A DNA stretch of 64,000 nucleotides, taken from positions 558,001 through 622,000 of the forward strand of contig MCFH01000022.1 of NCBI GenBank assembly GCA_002104945.1, given 5' to 3'. Positions 1 through 13,793 of the stretch are shown one piece after another; position 1 is the stretch's first letter; every line of letters begins with the position of its first letter. The notes beneath the pieces were generated by a model that was given only the letters and a program-made list of their open reading frames with translations, made no database searches and was not told the origin of the DNA. Position numbers and translations under genes: made by a program. Source of the DNA: Piromyces finnis finn (taxonomy: Eukaryota > Fungi > Neocallimastigomycota).

Positions 1-1119
1 TGTTTAACAAAATCTTCTATTGATAGACAATTTGGTGGTATTGTTGTTGAAGGCATTATATTATTGTTGGTTGGTTCAGTATTACTATGATCTGTAGGAT
101 TAATATGAGTGGTAGAATTACTACTAATAGAAGGTTGAATGGAAGTTTGTTCATCATTATTAGCAACAACTATTTCTTCCTTGATATCCGATATTTCTTT
201 ATTTTCTACATCGACAATTTCTTGAGTTAATTCACTTTCTGGTAAAGTAGATGATTCTTTGAGTACTTCAACAACAGTTTCTTCAGTGGTAGTATCAGTA
301 GTAGTGGTATCTTTATTTTCCGTTATTGAAATAGGAGATTCTTCTTCTTTAACGATGGTATCTTGATTTTTCGTTATTGAAATTGGAGATTCTTCTTTTA
401 GGATAGAAGATGGGGAAGTTTTAGTTTGTTTTGGGAATGAATGATGTTGACAAGATTGACGATCAAAACAAGTATATTCACTATGTGGAGTAGATAGTGA
501 TGAATTAGAAGGAGATAATAATTGCTCACCACAAGCACATTTTTTTAGTACTTCAATGGGTTCAATAGTTGAATAACTTGAATTTGAGGAATCTATGGAA
601 TGTACCATAGAATCACTATTGACAGATATTTCATTTATTATCTTATTGTTTGAAAATATATCTGTGTTATTTAAATATTTTTTATACCATATTCTCCACG
701 ATATATTTTCAAGTCTAAATCCATTTTTTATATCATCTTTACATTTTGTAAATATTATCCACATTCTGAAATTTCAAATAATAATATCATTTTTATATCA
801 TTTAATTGATATATTAATATTAATTTAATAGATATTCATTTTAATTTATCAAATATAAGAATTTATTAGATATAAAAATTTATTAGATAAGAATATATTA
901 AATAATAAGAATTTATTAAAAATATAGGAATTTCAATAATGAATACAGTAGTTTTTAAAATATATATATTAATTTTTATAGTTATTAAATGTTGACCATA
1001 GAGAATAAAAAAAATTTAAAGTCTATTTACCTTCTAATATCAATTTCATCAATAGTGGTATCTTGAAAGCTTTCAAGAGCCAAAGTTAAAACAGGTTGTT
1101 GATGTAATAAAACAGGCAT
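1..1119 (-). CDS. DUF1752 / AreA GATA-like N-terminal domain protein, 3'-partial (runs off the window)
   Basis: Exon 1 1119-1031 (MPVLLHQQPVLTLALESFQDTTIDEIDIR), GT..AG intron 1030-766, exon 2 open from 765 to 1. The spliced frame gives RMWIIFTKCKDDIKNGFRLENISWRIWY, the fungal DUF1752 signature (W..F.K....NG.RLEN.SWR.W), followed by an S/T/E-rich tail with a duplicated KEESPISIT-like motif. Confidence 0.8.
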
Positions 1120-3865
1120 TTCCAATAATTTATTTATAAATATCCAAAAGAAAAAGTGTATTTTGTTTTATTTAACCAAGTATTTATATGTTTTAATATT
1201 CTTTAAAAAATAATAATAATATTCAAATAGTTTTTATATTACAGTTTTATTATTATTATTATTATTATTATATTTATTTGTTTTTTTGTTTTTGTAATTA
1301 AAAGTTGATATTATTCATAGTTGTTGTTGTTATTTTTTTTATTAAAATACAAAGGTTTTTTTTAATATTTTTATTACTGTAAATTTTTAAATTTCCTTTA
1401 ATGTGCTGACTTTTAAAACATTTGTGAAATAAATTCTTTTTTAAAAAATATCTATTTTTTGTTTTATTTTGTGTTTAAATATATATTTATTAATTTTATT
1501 ATTACTTATTAATATTCTTTGGCATAAAAAAAGTAGTAGTTGTATATCGTTGTTAAAAACTTTATAATAATTATTATTTTTTATAAATTCTTTTTTTTTT
1601 TAATTGTGTTCTATCGTCAATGATGGTTATTCAAATTAATATTAATTTATTATATTGATATTTCCTTTTAAAAAAAAAAAGAAAAAGAAAAATAGCAGTA
1701 GTAATAATAATAAGCAATATGTTTTTTTCTTTCTTAATTTATCGTTTTTACAAAATTGTTGCTTAAAAAAAAAAAAAAAAACTTTTTCATGGTTTTTATA
1801 GTCTTTTAAAAAAATGATTTAAAAATTTCTTCTGACCTAAATTAATATATGGCATCATATATTACAACTTATTCAACTTATTGAATAGTTAAAGTTTTAA
1901 ATAATTTTAATTATTAATAAAAAATGATGTATTCTTTTTTTATGATGACAAAATTTTTAAAAAAAAAACTAAAATGATAACATTAATTTTAAAGCGTGAC
2001 TTGCCTAATAATAAATTTATGATAACATAAAACAAAATGAAAAATGGAATAAATCTATGTAAAATGAAGAAATAAAATAAATAATATATTCATTTATAGT
2101 AATAATTTATTTTTATTTATATTGTTTAATATATTATCAATATATGCCAATGTTTATTATTCATTATCTCTTTTATTCAGGATATCTTTTAGGATTTATT
2201 CCTATTGATTCTATATAAACTATATTGAATATATTATTATCTATTTATTATATAAATAGAATATATATCATTATATATTAGAGTGTAATGATAATCTATT
2301 AATAGTAAATAGATCATGCTTTGCTTTAAAATTATTGAAGACATAGTTGTTTATATCATTATTATTAAAATTAATATATTAGAGTATAGTATAATGTATT
2401 ATAATATATCATAGTATAATTTTGAAATATATATTAATATTGGTAGTATATATTATAATTTATTATAGTATTATTACTATTATATTATATAATATATTAT
2501 ATATTTATAATTCATTTTAAAATTATCAATAATTAATTTTAAAAGACGAATGATACATAGATAATCATGACATATAAATTATGTTGATTAATTATAATAT
2601 AATATATGTTTCAAATTTAATTTCAATTATTATAATATATTATTAATATATTTATAATATATTGAAGTATTCTATAGAATTATGGCTAAGGATGACACCA
2701 CTTTTAATTATAAAATAATTATACAGAAATAAGTATTATTTAGTTTATATATTAGAATATACTTTAATATATGTTAAATATATAATTTCTATATTGAGTA
2801 TTATGAAGTGAATCATGAGTTGATGGGTTCAGGAGAAAATAACTTTATTTATCATGGGATTGATTTATTATAATATATTATAAGTATAATGTAATATATG
2901 TTAATAATTTATGACATTTCAATTGTAAATTTGAGGATGAATTTCAATAAAAAAAATAAATTCTTCAACCTATAATCCATAAAGCAAAAAAGTGGATGAT
3001 GAAGTGGACAACTGCTGCTAGTGTGCGGTTTTTCTCAACAATCCTTTCCTCCTTCTTCTTGAATGGTAATTACGAATAAAAAAAATAGGAAAACAAAAAA
3101 AAAAGTGGAGATTTATAATAACCACCATCTATCGATAAATTTAATTTAAATTGCAAATAGCAATAAAAAAAAGTCTTTTTTTTTATTAACAGAATAAGCC
3201 TTATTATCCATCAGAAATGGGTATGAATGCTGATTTTACCATAGACATAGAATATAAGGTGTATTGTTTTTGTTTTTAGTATCAATTTATAAATATAAAA
3301 TATTAACAAAGTGAATCATCTGAATGGCGTCAGATGGTCCAAATAACATTTATGTTGCAATTGTTGAAATGAGGCTCATTCGTAGACTATTAATATCCAT
3401 AATTTAATAGGATGATGGGTAATACAATTTTATTAGTATTGACGGTGATGGTATAAGCTAAAAATGACAGGATCATGTTTAATATTGAATATGATCGTAG
3501 CTAGTGTTGAATAGTTAAAAGTGTGTTTAATGTATAATGAATAACATTTGCTAATAACATTTTTTAATATACAATAGTTATGGTTGAATGACTAAACTTA
3601 AACAAGTTTTCTTTTTTTGCACCATTCACCATTCATCCCTTCACGTCACTGGTAAAATTTCCTTTGATTTTTGTTGACATTTAATTTAATAAAAAATTAA
3701 AAAATGGATGAAATTTAATAATTTTATTTGTATTAATTCTAGAATTTATTGAATAATAAAAAATATATATAATAAAATATATTGTACAATATAATATGTA
3801 GTATATAATAGAATATATAATATTAGTTTTAATTATTTTTTGATATGTATTATTACAGTATTAAT

Positions 3866-4040
3866 TATACATTTTATTATACATTTATTATATTATACAT
3901 TTATTATATTATATATTATATTATTATATATTTATTATATTATTATATTATATTATTATACATTTATTATATTATATTATTATATATTTATTATATTATA
4001 TTATTATATATTTATTATATTATATTATTATATATTATTC
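3866..4040. repeat. Degenerate 24-bp almost pure A/T minisatellite (unit approx. TTTATTATATTATATTATTATATA)
   Basis: Unit visible directly; it explains the FIILYYY(T/I) 8-aa periodicity of the spurious ORF at 3840-4070. Confidence 0.8.
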
Positions 4041-6167
4041 TATTTATTTATATTTACTCTATTCATATAAATTTATTTTGTTAATTAAAAAGATGTTTTA
4101 TTATTAATTATAATTATAAAATTTTAATATATTTATATTACACAAATTAATTTAATTAATAATTAAAAAATAAATTCATTTATTTGATAAATAAAAATTT
4201 TCAAAACTTTAATTAATATTAAAATGAAGGAAGGATAAAGAAATTTTATTTTAAAATAAAGGAATTTAAAAAAAAAAAAAAAGTATAGAACGTTATATAT
4301 AAAATTTAATAGTAAGGATATCTATATATTTTACAAATAAAAAAGAAAGTGACTATTAAAAAGAGTGAGTTAAGCATCTCTTGAATATTAAATAAATCAT
4401 CAATGAGTGAATGACATTAAAACAATAGTAATCCATAAGATTAATTAAATCATAAATTATTTTTAATATAAAATGAAATTAATTTAAAAAATGTGGAAGA
4501 ATAATTAATAAATTAATTAAAGGAGAATTAATTAAAAAAAACCACCACACCAGAATTAAATATTATCATAGGAATAAGGTGTGTTAAAAAGAATAGAATG
4601 AGGATGGATTTTTGTTGGTGTGTAGATACTACTACTGTAAAATATGAACTAATCCTTAATGATAGGATTTATGATAACTTCTTCTTCCTTTATTATTCAT
4701 GTGATTACTTTCGAGCTTCACTCCCTAGATAAAAAAAAAAGTTTAATTCTATTCTTAATTCTCAACCTAATTTAAAAAACTTTAAAATTTAAATGACTAA
4801 TAAATATTTTTATATATATCAAATTAAAACTAGTATTCATACTATAATGACATTCTAGACCTTTCAATTAAAAAAAATTATATAATGTATATATATATTT
4901 TTTTTAAATTTTGTTACACGCCATACAAACTTTAAAAGATACTATGGAAAAAGGAATCAACTTTAAAAAAGAAAAATAATAAATGATAATAAAAAAAAAT
5001 AAGCTATTACTATTTTGAAAATAATCCATAATATCATAATTCTTATACAATTTCATGTTTTCTTTTTAATATAAGTATTAATAAAAGAAATAGTTCAAAA
5101 TGGCAAACTAGACAAAATAATAAAGTGTACTAAAGTTTATTTGATAATAATAAAAAAAAAAACCTCTTTTCAATAAAGCTTTTTTATTATTAAAGAAAAT
5201 AAAATTACCACATGACTCTAAATTAATTAAAAAAAAAAAAAGTTCAGAAATGCTTTAATAATAAACTTTTTACTGAAAAAAAAAAAAACGAATAATGAAT
5301 CAAAAGTAATTTTTATGCATGGCAAGAGTTTAACGAATTTTTATTTCTATATATAAAATGGCATCATCATTTATTCATTAAATTCTTTTTTTATTATTAT
5401 TCTTATTCATTTACAAAATAAAAAGTTATTATTGTTGTTGTCTATTATTATCTTTTCTTCTTTTTTACTTCTTACAGAATGATGATTCGGTAGTATTATT
5501 AAAAAAAAAAGGGATATATATAATATTTATATTTATTATTTTAGTATATGACAAGTCATACTTTACCATTAAAAAAAGAAAAAAGAGAACTTTTTTTAAA
5601 AAACCAATAATTTACCATTAAAAAAAATTATCATAAGGACGTTGTATTACCTTGATGTTTAAGGTAAAATTAAAAATTCATCCCATGAACATATTAAAGT
5701 ATGAACAGTACTGTGCCACATTTATGTATTTATCGAATATTGAATTATTTGAAACTCTTATTATATTAAAATTACATTAGCCATAATTTCAAAAAAGATA
5801 CAGAAGAAAAGAAAAAGTTGTTGTAATTATTGTTTTTGACAAGCTTACCCATTTTTTATTAAATTGTCAAGTATAATCACCATAATACAAAATCTTTGAG
5901 ATTTTTTTTTGGAATGAATACTGTTTGAAACGATGGTAGGATGGCAACAAAAGTTAAACTTTAATAAAAAAAAAAAAATAAAAGAAAAAAAAAAGGTATA
6001 ATAGATAATAGACATGGGAAATATTAATGAATTAAATAGTATGGTAATGTTAAAGATCCCACCTAAAAACTCTGGCTAATGCAAACAACAATAGCAATTT
6101 AAAAAAAAAAATAAAGTGAAGAAATTTTATAAAACTAATTCTATTGAAAATCTTCATATTAAATTAA

Positions 6168-7978
6168 AATAGTTTTTTTGAAATATTAAAAAAAAAAAAA
6201 ATTAAGAAATATATTAAAAATGGTAATAATAATGATAATGATCCCTTAACTCTCTATGATGATAATAACAACAAATTAACTGCTTTTAATTCTAATTTGT
6301 TTTCAAGTTATAAAGATGTAGGAGATAAATGTATGAAAATTGAAAAATGTAGGAATTTATTTAAACCAAATAGTAATGGAAAACAAGAAGTTGAAAATTT
6401 TGTTGTAGGTAAAGATGAAGAAAAATTATATTTTTTTGTTAGTGATAAAGAAAAGATTCATTCATTTATAATAGACAATAATAAAAATGATTCTGAAGTT
6501 GAATATAATTCATTGTCCTTAGAAGATATTAATAATAGTATCAAAGGATATGGTAAAAAATCAAATAAAGATAATAATAAGGGATAACTATTATTGCAGA
6601 ATGTGATATTGAGCTTTCATATGACGTTACTTCTTATAATACTATAGATATTAAATCTGATGATTATAGTTTTGAAGATACCGAAGGAAAACGAATAGAA
6701 AATAAATTAAAAGAAAGTATTCTTGATAGTAATATAAGTTGAAATACTTCTAAGAATATTTTATGTGAATATTATAAATGGTTTTATATTCATATTGAGA
6801 AAATACCATTAATATTTATTAAAGAAAGAGATGAATTAATAAATAATAGTGATGAATATAAAAAGTTTGGTGAATATAAAGTAAATTATATAAAACTTAA
6901 AAATTATATGAAAAAAATTAAAAATACTATCGAAGACAATACACCTGAAATGGATTTTACTATGTTTAATTTTAGAGATTACTTTAATAAGTATCTTCAA
7001 AATTTAGAAAATGAAATAAAAGATATAAATAAGAAGCTAAAAAATAAACTTAAAAAAAAGGAAAAGACTAATTTAACAAATAAATTAAAGGTTTTAGAAA
7101 AGGAATTTGAAATATTATCATCAAAAGAGTTAAATAAAATAATTATTGAAGATATTATAAAAGGAGATTATATAGAATATTATAAAAGTAAAAATAATAT
7201 AAATGAATTGAGTGACATAGAAATTGATGAAATAAGTGAATCTAGTTTAATAAATATGTTTTATGATAAATCAGACATTAATAGTAAATCCGATGAGATG
7301 TTACATTTAATTGAAGATAGTGATGTTGAAACGCATGATACATTAAGATATTCGGTTGAATTAAATTATCAATATGCCAATTATCAATCACCAGGTAGTA
7401 TGAATTCAAAAGATACTAAAGCGGTAGCAAATAATTATAATAAATTACATGATAAGTTAATAAGAAATATTCAACCAATTGATGAATTTCAAAATGAAAT
7501 ATTTTCTGAAGCTATGGATGAAGTTATAAAATATAATCCTAACATTGAAACAAAAATTACAGAAAATGCCAATATAAAGATTGAAGAAGTATTTAATGAA
7601 ATATCCGAATATGACGATAAAATTAAAGAATCGCTAACTGATGATACTAAAAGGCATATAGAAAATACAATCAATAAGTTTTCTACATATGTTGTTGGAT
7701 CATATTACAAGTTTTCAAAAATGTTAGGAAGGGAAAATCAAGTAATTATTGATGATTATAAAAGTTATTTTAGTAATTATGTTAAATATGTTTCTAATTA
7801 TATTACAAGAAATAATATTAATTTAAATAACAAACCTTTGGTAATTAGTATAAAGCCTAATATGAATAATATTAATAATATTCATAATTATTGTATTGAT
7901 AAAAACAATATTGTAAAAGCTAATAAACAATTTAGAATAAAATACATAAATGTTAAGAAGGAAATAACAAAATTATAA
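6168..7978 (+). pseudogene. Disrupted intronless gene of unknown function (K/N/E/D-rich, probably coiled-coil)
   Basis: Coding-like frame from about 6168 through ORF 6297-6587. A 1-nt frameshift at about 6581-6584 continues as ITIIAECDIELSYD. An in-frame TGA at 6740-6742 (SNIS*NTSK) is followed by an open frame into the 356-aa ORF 6908-7978. Confidence 0.6.
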
Positions 7979-8476
7979 AAGTAATGATGAATGGTTATAA
8001 TTAACTTTATAAAAGAATTTATTATTCTTCTTCTTATTCTTCTTCTTATTATTATTATTAGTAGTAGTAGTAATATTATAAAAATTAATATAATGTTTAT
8101 TAAATTTATTAATAATATTATAATTACTAATAATTAAATAATTAAAAAAAAAAAAAAAAAGTAATTAATATTATATAATTATTATAGTAAAATATTAAAA
8201 ATACTATATTAATTAATAATATTATAATTACTTTTTTTAAAAACATGTATATATATGTTTATGTCTATGTATATATTTAAATTGATTAAATAAATATATG
8301 GTTTATTTAAAAATATGCTATATATATATATATATATGTATATAGGTTTATATTATCTATAGTATCTATATATATATTTATAAATTGATTTTTAAAAATC
8401 AATAAATATTTAATAAAATATAAATTATTAGAAAAAAAAAAAATTATTATTTATTAATTTTTTAAATAATAAATTT

Positions 8477-9898
8477 ATGAAGTTAATTAATATTGTACTT
8501 TGTATATTCTTTGCTAATAGTATTTTAGCAAATGAATCCAAAATATTTTGTCGATATAATCATCAAGGGGTAACTAAAGTTTATGACCCTGCTTATTTCG
8601 ACAAAGATGGTAATGTTGTATTCGCTAAAATGATAGAAGAATATGCAAAGGTTTTAGGGCCTACATGATATGGAGTTTCCTGGTGTGATAATAGTACTAT
8701 GGTTAATAGTATTGGTATTTATTATGATATCACATCAATCCAAGAAAATTTAAGAAAAAGATCTAATCAAGACGATGAAAATAGGGTAGATAATAGTAAT
8801 AATAGTAATGATAATAATAATGAAATAGTTGAAGATAAGAATTAAACAGAAAATGTTAATCCATATGTAAGAGGTAAAAATACGATTGAAGAAACAAAAC
8901 ACATAATTGAAAATTATATTGATACTATTTATGATAAATTAAAAGAGAGTAATAACCAGTGTATACCATTAGTTAGTAATAACCCAAGATTTAATCCTTA
9001 TCATAAATCTTTGATTATAGGTATCAATGATCGTGTTCCTAATATTAAGTATGCAACCGGTGGTATAATGAAATTACCAAGTTCTATTAATAATATTATT
9101 GATGATGTTTCTAGTGGATTATCACAAGGTTTTACGAATTGTGCCGCTGTAAGTAATTGTAAGGGATGTACTGTTGTTTGTGATGCACTTATAACTTTTA
9201 CAAATGAACGTCAATATTCGATTACAAATTCTGAAGGATTAATTATATCACGTAGTATAGGAAATATTGAAAGTAATACGGATACTTTAACGAATGAAAT
9301 ATCCAATACTATTGAAATTGCATCTACTTTAACCCATTCTGATAGTATAACTCAAACAGAATCAGACGCTAATACTAATTCATTGGAATTAGCAGTTTCT
9401 CTAGCACATTCAGAATCCAACACCGATGCCAATGATAATAATATATCAGTTAATGTTGAACATTCTGAAGCTAATATTCATGGAATTACCGAAGATGACA
9501 CTCATGCTATAACTAATACTACAAGTGTCTCCACAGAAAAAAATTGGAGTGGATATAAAGAAAAATCGGGTACAAAAGAATATAGTTATTTAAGTAAAGA
9601 AGATTATGATTATTATAACGATCAGTATGAACCAATAGGTAAAATAGATTATATAAGTGAAGAATCAACCTATAAAAACAAACGAAATGGTAATAATTAT
9701 GATTTTATTTTATATGATGGTGATAATGATAATATATATAATAACAAAACACAATTAGAAAAAAGATTTTTACCAGTAATAGCATTTGCGCCTGCAATAT
9801 TTGAATTTGTTGTTTCAACAGCAGCTAGAACATTACTTACACAAGGAGCAAAACAAGTTGGTAAATTTAATTTGAAGTTTTTCAACTTTTCAAATTAA
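8477..9898 (+). pseudogene. Disrupted secreted precursor: signal peptide, three KR sites, Cys cluster, long Ser/Thr-rich region
   Basis: ORFs 8477-8668 and 9011-9898 are in the same frame and joined by coding-like sequence, with only two stops: TGA 8666-8668 and TAA 8843-8845. N-terminal MKLINIVLCIFFANSILA looks like a signal peptide. KR sites are LRKR, KNKR and LEKR. Ends in a possible donor (G|GTAAAT near 9861) and then decays into AT-only DNA. Confidence 0.7.
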
Positions 9899-11325
9899 AT
9901 CTTTTTAATATAATTTATATAATTAATAATATAATACATTATAATTATAATATATGTAAAATATATTAAAGAATGTGAAATCATTTTAAAGAAATTATAA
10001 AAATAACTATTTTTCAAAAAAGATCAGTTTGAAGGAAAAAGTACACAGCAATATAAAAAGAAAAGAAGAAGAAAAAAAAAAAAGAAAAGAAAAGAAATAA
10101 AGGTTTTATTTACTTATAATATTCTATTGATAATGATGATGATGCTTGTATTTAATTAAACTTTTTTTTAACAATTTATTATCAAGAGTTTAGGTTTAAT
10201 TTTTTTTTTTTCTATTTAACCTCGATACCTTTGATTAATTATTTAAATATGGAATATAAAATAAATAAAAACGTCTTATTCTTCTGAACAGTTCCTAACA
10301 ATGAATAGCATTGTTTTTAACTTTCTTTAAGAGCATAAGTAACGATAAAATGAAGCTTTTAACTTTTTTCTTTAATAAAAAAAAAAACGAACAAACGTAT
10401 TTATTTTTAAATATTTATTTTATATTATTTTTTATAAAAATAAAAATTAGTTGAAAAAAAATAAATGAATAAATAAAAAAATTAATTAAATTAAATAAAT
10501 GAATAATTAAATAAATTTTTAATTTTTTTTTTTTTTTTTTGATAAAAATTTTAAACTTTTTTTTGTTACCACATTCATTGTCAGAAAAAAAAAAAAAAGA
10601 AACTCTTTAAAGTTATCAATCTTTTATATTCATTATTAGTAATGGTGGTAATTTTGTGTATATAAATGAAAAGATAACAATAAATTGATGGAAGGTCTAA
10701 AAATAAAAATGATAGAAAAAAAAAAAGTTAAATAAATGACAACGCATTAAATAAAATTTCGATGGAAACTGTTACATTTTCATTTTTTTATACATCTTTC
10801 TATCTTGAATTTTGAATTTTCAATCAAAAAAAAAAAAAAAAAAAAAAACTTTTTTTTTAATGTAACCAAATTTGTAATTATTATTATTAAACATTATAAA
10901 TATTATTATCTTGATAATTTTTCTTTTTTATGTAAAAATCAAGTTAATTATATGAAACATGATTAATTATAATATTTTGATAATTGAAATTAAAAAAAAA
11001 ACCATTAAACCTTTTTTTTTTTAATATAATAAATAACATAAAAAAAAGGAATTATAATAAGAATTAGAATAGTATAATTCTTATTTATTGGTTATACAAA
11101 TTATACAAAATGACTTTTTAAAAAAAAAATACAAATTTTTTAATTATTATACAACCTTAAATCTATTTTTTTTTTTTTTTTTGAGTAGTCATTCTTTTTT
11201 TATGCATTGTTTATCATTGATAAAAAAAAAAAGTTAATCTTACGCCTACTTTTTAATAAAAACTATCTCTACCTATACCAAAAATAATTACTATCTATTA
11301 AAAGAGAAATATAATTTGATATATC

Positions 11326-11362
<37 letters not shown>

Positions 11363-12535
11363 AAATGAATGAAATGATAAAACCACTACTTTATATTATT
11401 GCAAGTAATAAGTAATAATTATTATCACATATATTTATGTATATATATATTTTTTAATTCACATTTTCCATTTTAAAATATTATAAATATTAAAAAAAAA
11501 AATAATAAAGTTTTACAGTTGGTATGGAGTAAAAATTAAAAATAATTAAAAAAAAAAAAACTATAATTATTATAAAAAGTTTTTTTTTATAAAATATAAT
11601 TTCGTTTTCAATTCATTCATTAAAACTTTTACATTTTACTATGATATATAAAGAAAAGTTTATCTTTATATTGATTAAGATCAATTTTTTTTTTTTTTTT
11701 TAAAAAAAAGGGCTTATTTAAGTTTTATCCATCTTAACCATAAAAATACTAAAATTTTTAAAAAAAAGACATTAGCTTCTTTGGATCATAACTTTTCCAT
11801 AGCCATAAAATAAAGGATTTTTTTAATAATAAATATTATTTTAATATTAAATTTATATTATGATCTAACCTTTAAGAGTAAATACTTTTCTATAAAAAGG
11901 TTAGAATTAAATACTTTTTGGTTCAAAGAAATCATGACAATAATAATATTAACTGTTTATTTATTATTGCTTTTAAAAATAGAAAAATAAGAATTAATAA
12001 AATAGATAAATTTATAAAATTTCAATAAAAAATAAAGATTATAATAACTTATTCTGTACAGCTTTTATTTTTATTTTTTTTTTCTATAATACTTCAATAG
12101 AATTGGTATAAAAATAAAAGTTTTAGTAAAAGATTTATAAAAAAAACTAATTTTGTTATTTTCAAAATAAAAGAAAAGATATATCAGACAACTATGAATA
12201 ATGTTTTTTTTTTTTTATACTTTTATTTTATTTAATTGTATTTTATTATCTAAAAAGTTATATAGTATATCATATATGAAATACTTTTTTTTTTTATTTC
12301 TATTTTTTCTTATTCGATAATACTATCTTTATAAATTTTTATAAATCTATTATGCATATATAAATTTTTGAAAAAAAAAAAAAAAAATTAATAAAAAGGT
12401 GTAAAATGGTGAACTAAATGAATATCTAATTAATTTCAAATTTAAATTTTAGAAGTAGATTGAGAAAATGTAAATCAATTTTTTTTCAAGTCATATTTTC
12501 TTTTGGTTTTCACCTTTTTTTTTCTTTCCTTTTTC

Positions 12536-13762
12536 TTAGGCTAAATCAACAATCCAACAATTGGTAGCTTTAATAAAAGCATCAATTGAAATACGCCATT
12601 TCCAATCGACATCACCAGCACCTAAATAAAAGATTGGTGGCTAAATGAGAAAGTGTTGTATTTTTTTTTTTTTTTTTATTTTGAGTAATAAGAGCAGTTT
12701 AGATAGATAGATTGAAAAAAAATAATGTTATAAAATAAAAATTGATTGATATTTCAAAAATAGATATATATATATATATATATATTTAAAAAAACCATAA
12801 TTTAACATTATTATTATTACTATTATTATTTATTATTATTATTTTATTTTTTCTTACGTCTAATTTTGACATTTCTTCAGTAATAATAATTGGTATTTTT
12901 TGTGTGGTACCGATAGGACATACACCATTTTTATCAAAACCTGTAAGTTCAGCAGATTTCTGCGATTTGAGGTTGTAAGGTAAAGAATTATAAAAAGGTC
13001 AATTGATATGGTATATAATATATATATTTATAGTTGTTGTTACATATTTTACAATATTAATATCTTATATCCTATTCTTCTTATTATTATGTTTTATATT
13101 ATACTATTATTCTATTACTATTATTATCTCATTAATATTAAATAATCATTATATATTATTATCATTATTATTATTTTTATCATTTTAATAACAATCCATT
13201 AATGTTATAAAAAATATTACTAAACTTACTTCTGGGTTGGCTAATCTAAAATTGTAATGCTTTTTACTAATGGTTTTGTTTTTTAAGGAACGAACAAAAT
13301 TCATAAGTTTTTGTGTGTTTAATTTAGAAGTGTATTGAACACATACAGCATAATATTTAGAATTTAATGGATCTATAAATGTATAATATATATATATATA
13401 TATATTTTGTGTGTAGGTATGTGTTTGTGTGTAGGTAGTTGATAATATTAAAATAATATCATTTAATATGAAATTGTTTAAGATTAATGAAGATATCATT
13501 TTTTTTTATTAAAGGATTAAAGATTTAATAAAGAATCAATAAAATAGATATGTTTATGTATTTAATTTAGTTTGAGTTTATAATTGTATCTATAATAATA
13601 CATTAAACGGTTTTTTCTTTTTATTACCATTCATATCATTAACAGAACAACGAGTATTTTCCATAACAACGGTTTTACACATATGTTCTTTAGAAGGTGC
13701 CATAACTCTCAAACTTTATGAATTGAATTATATAAACCAATAAATCAATAAATGAAACATTA

Positions 13763-13793
<31 letters not shown>

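Noticed and set aside
595-828. 77-aa plus-strand ORF
   Set aside because: Antisense shadow of the DUF1752 gene's exon 2 and intron.
6740-8668. UGA=Trp recoding (genetic code 4, mollicute or mitochondrial origin) for the two in-frame TGA codons
   Set aside because: The same genes also carry a TAA stop and a frameshift and use TGG for Trp; simple mutational decay explains them.
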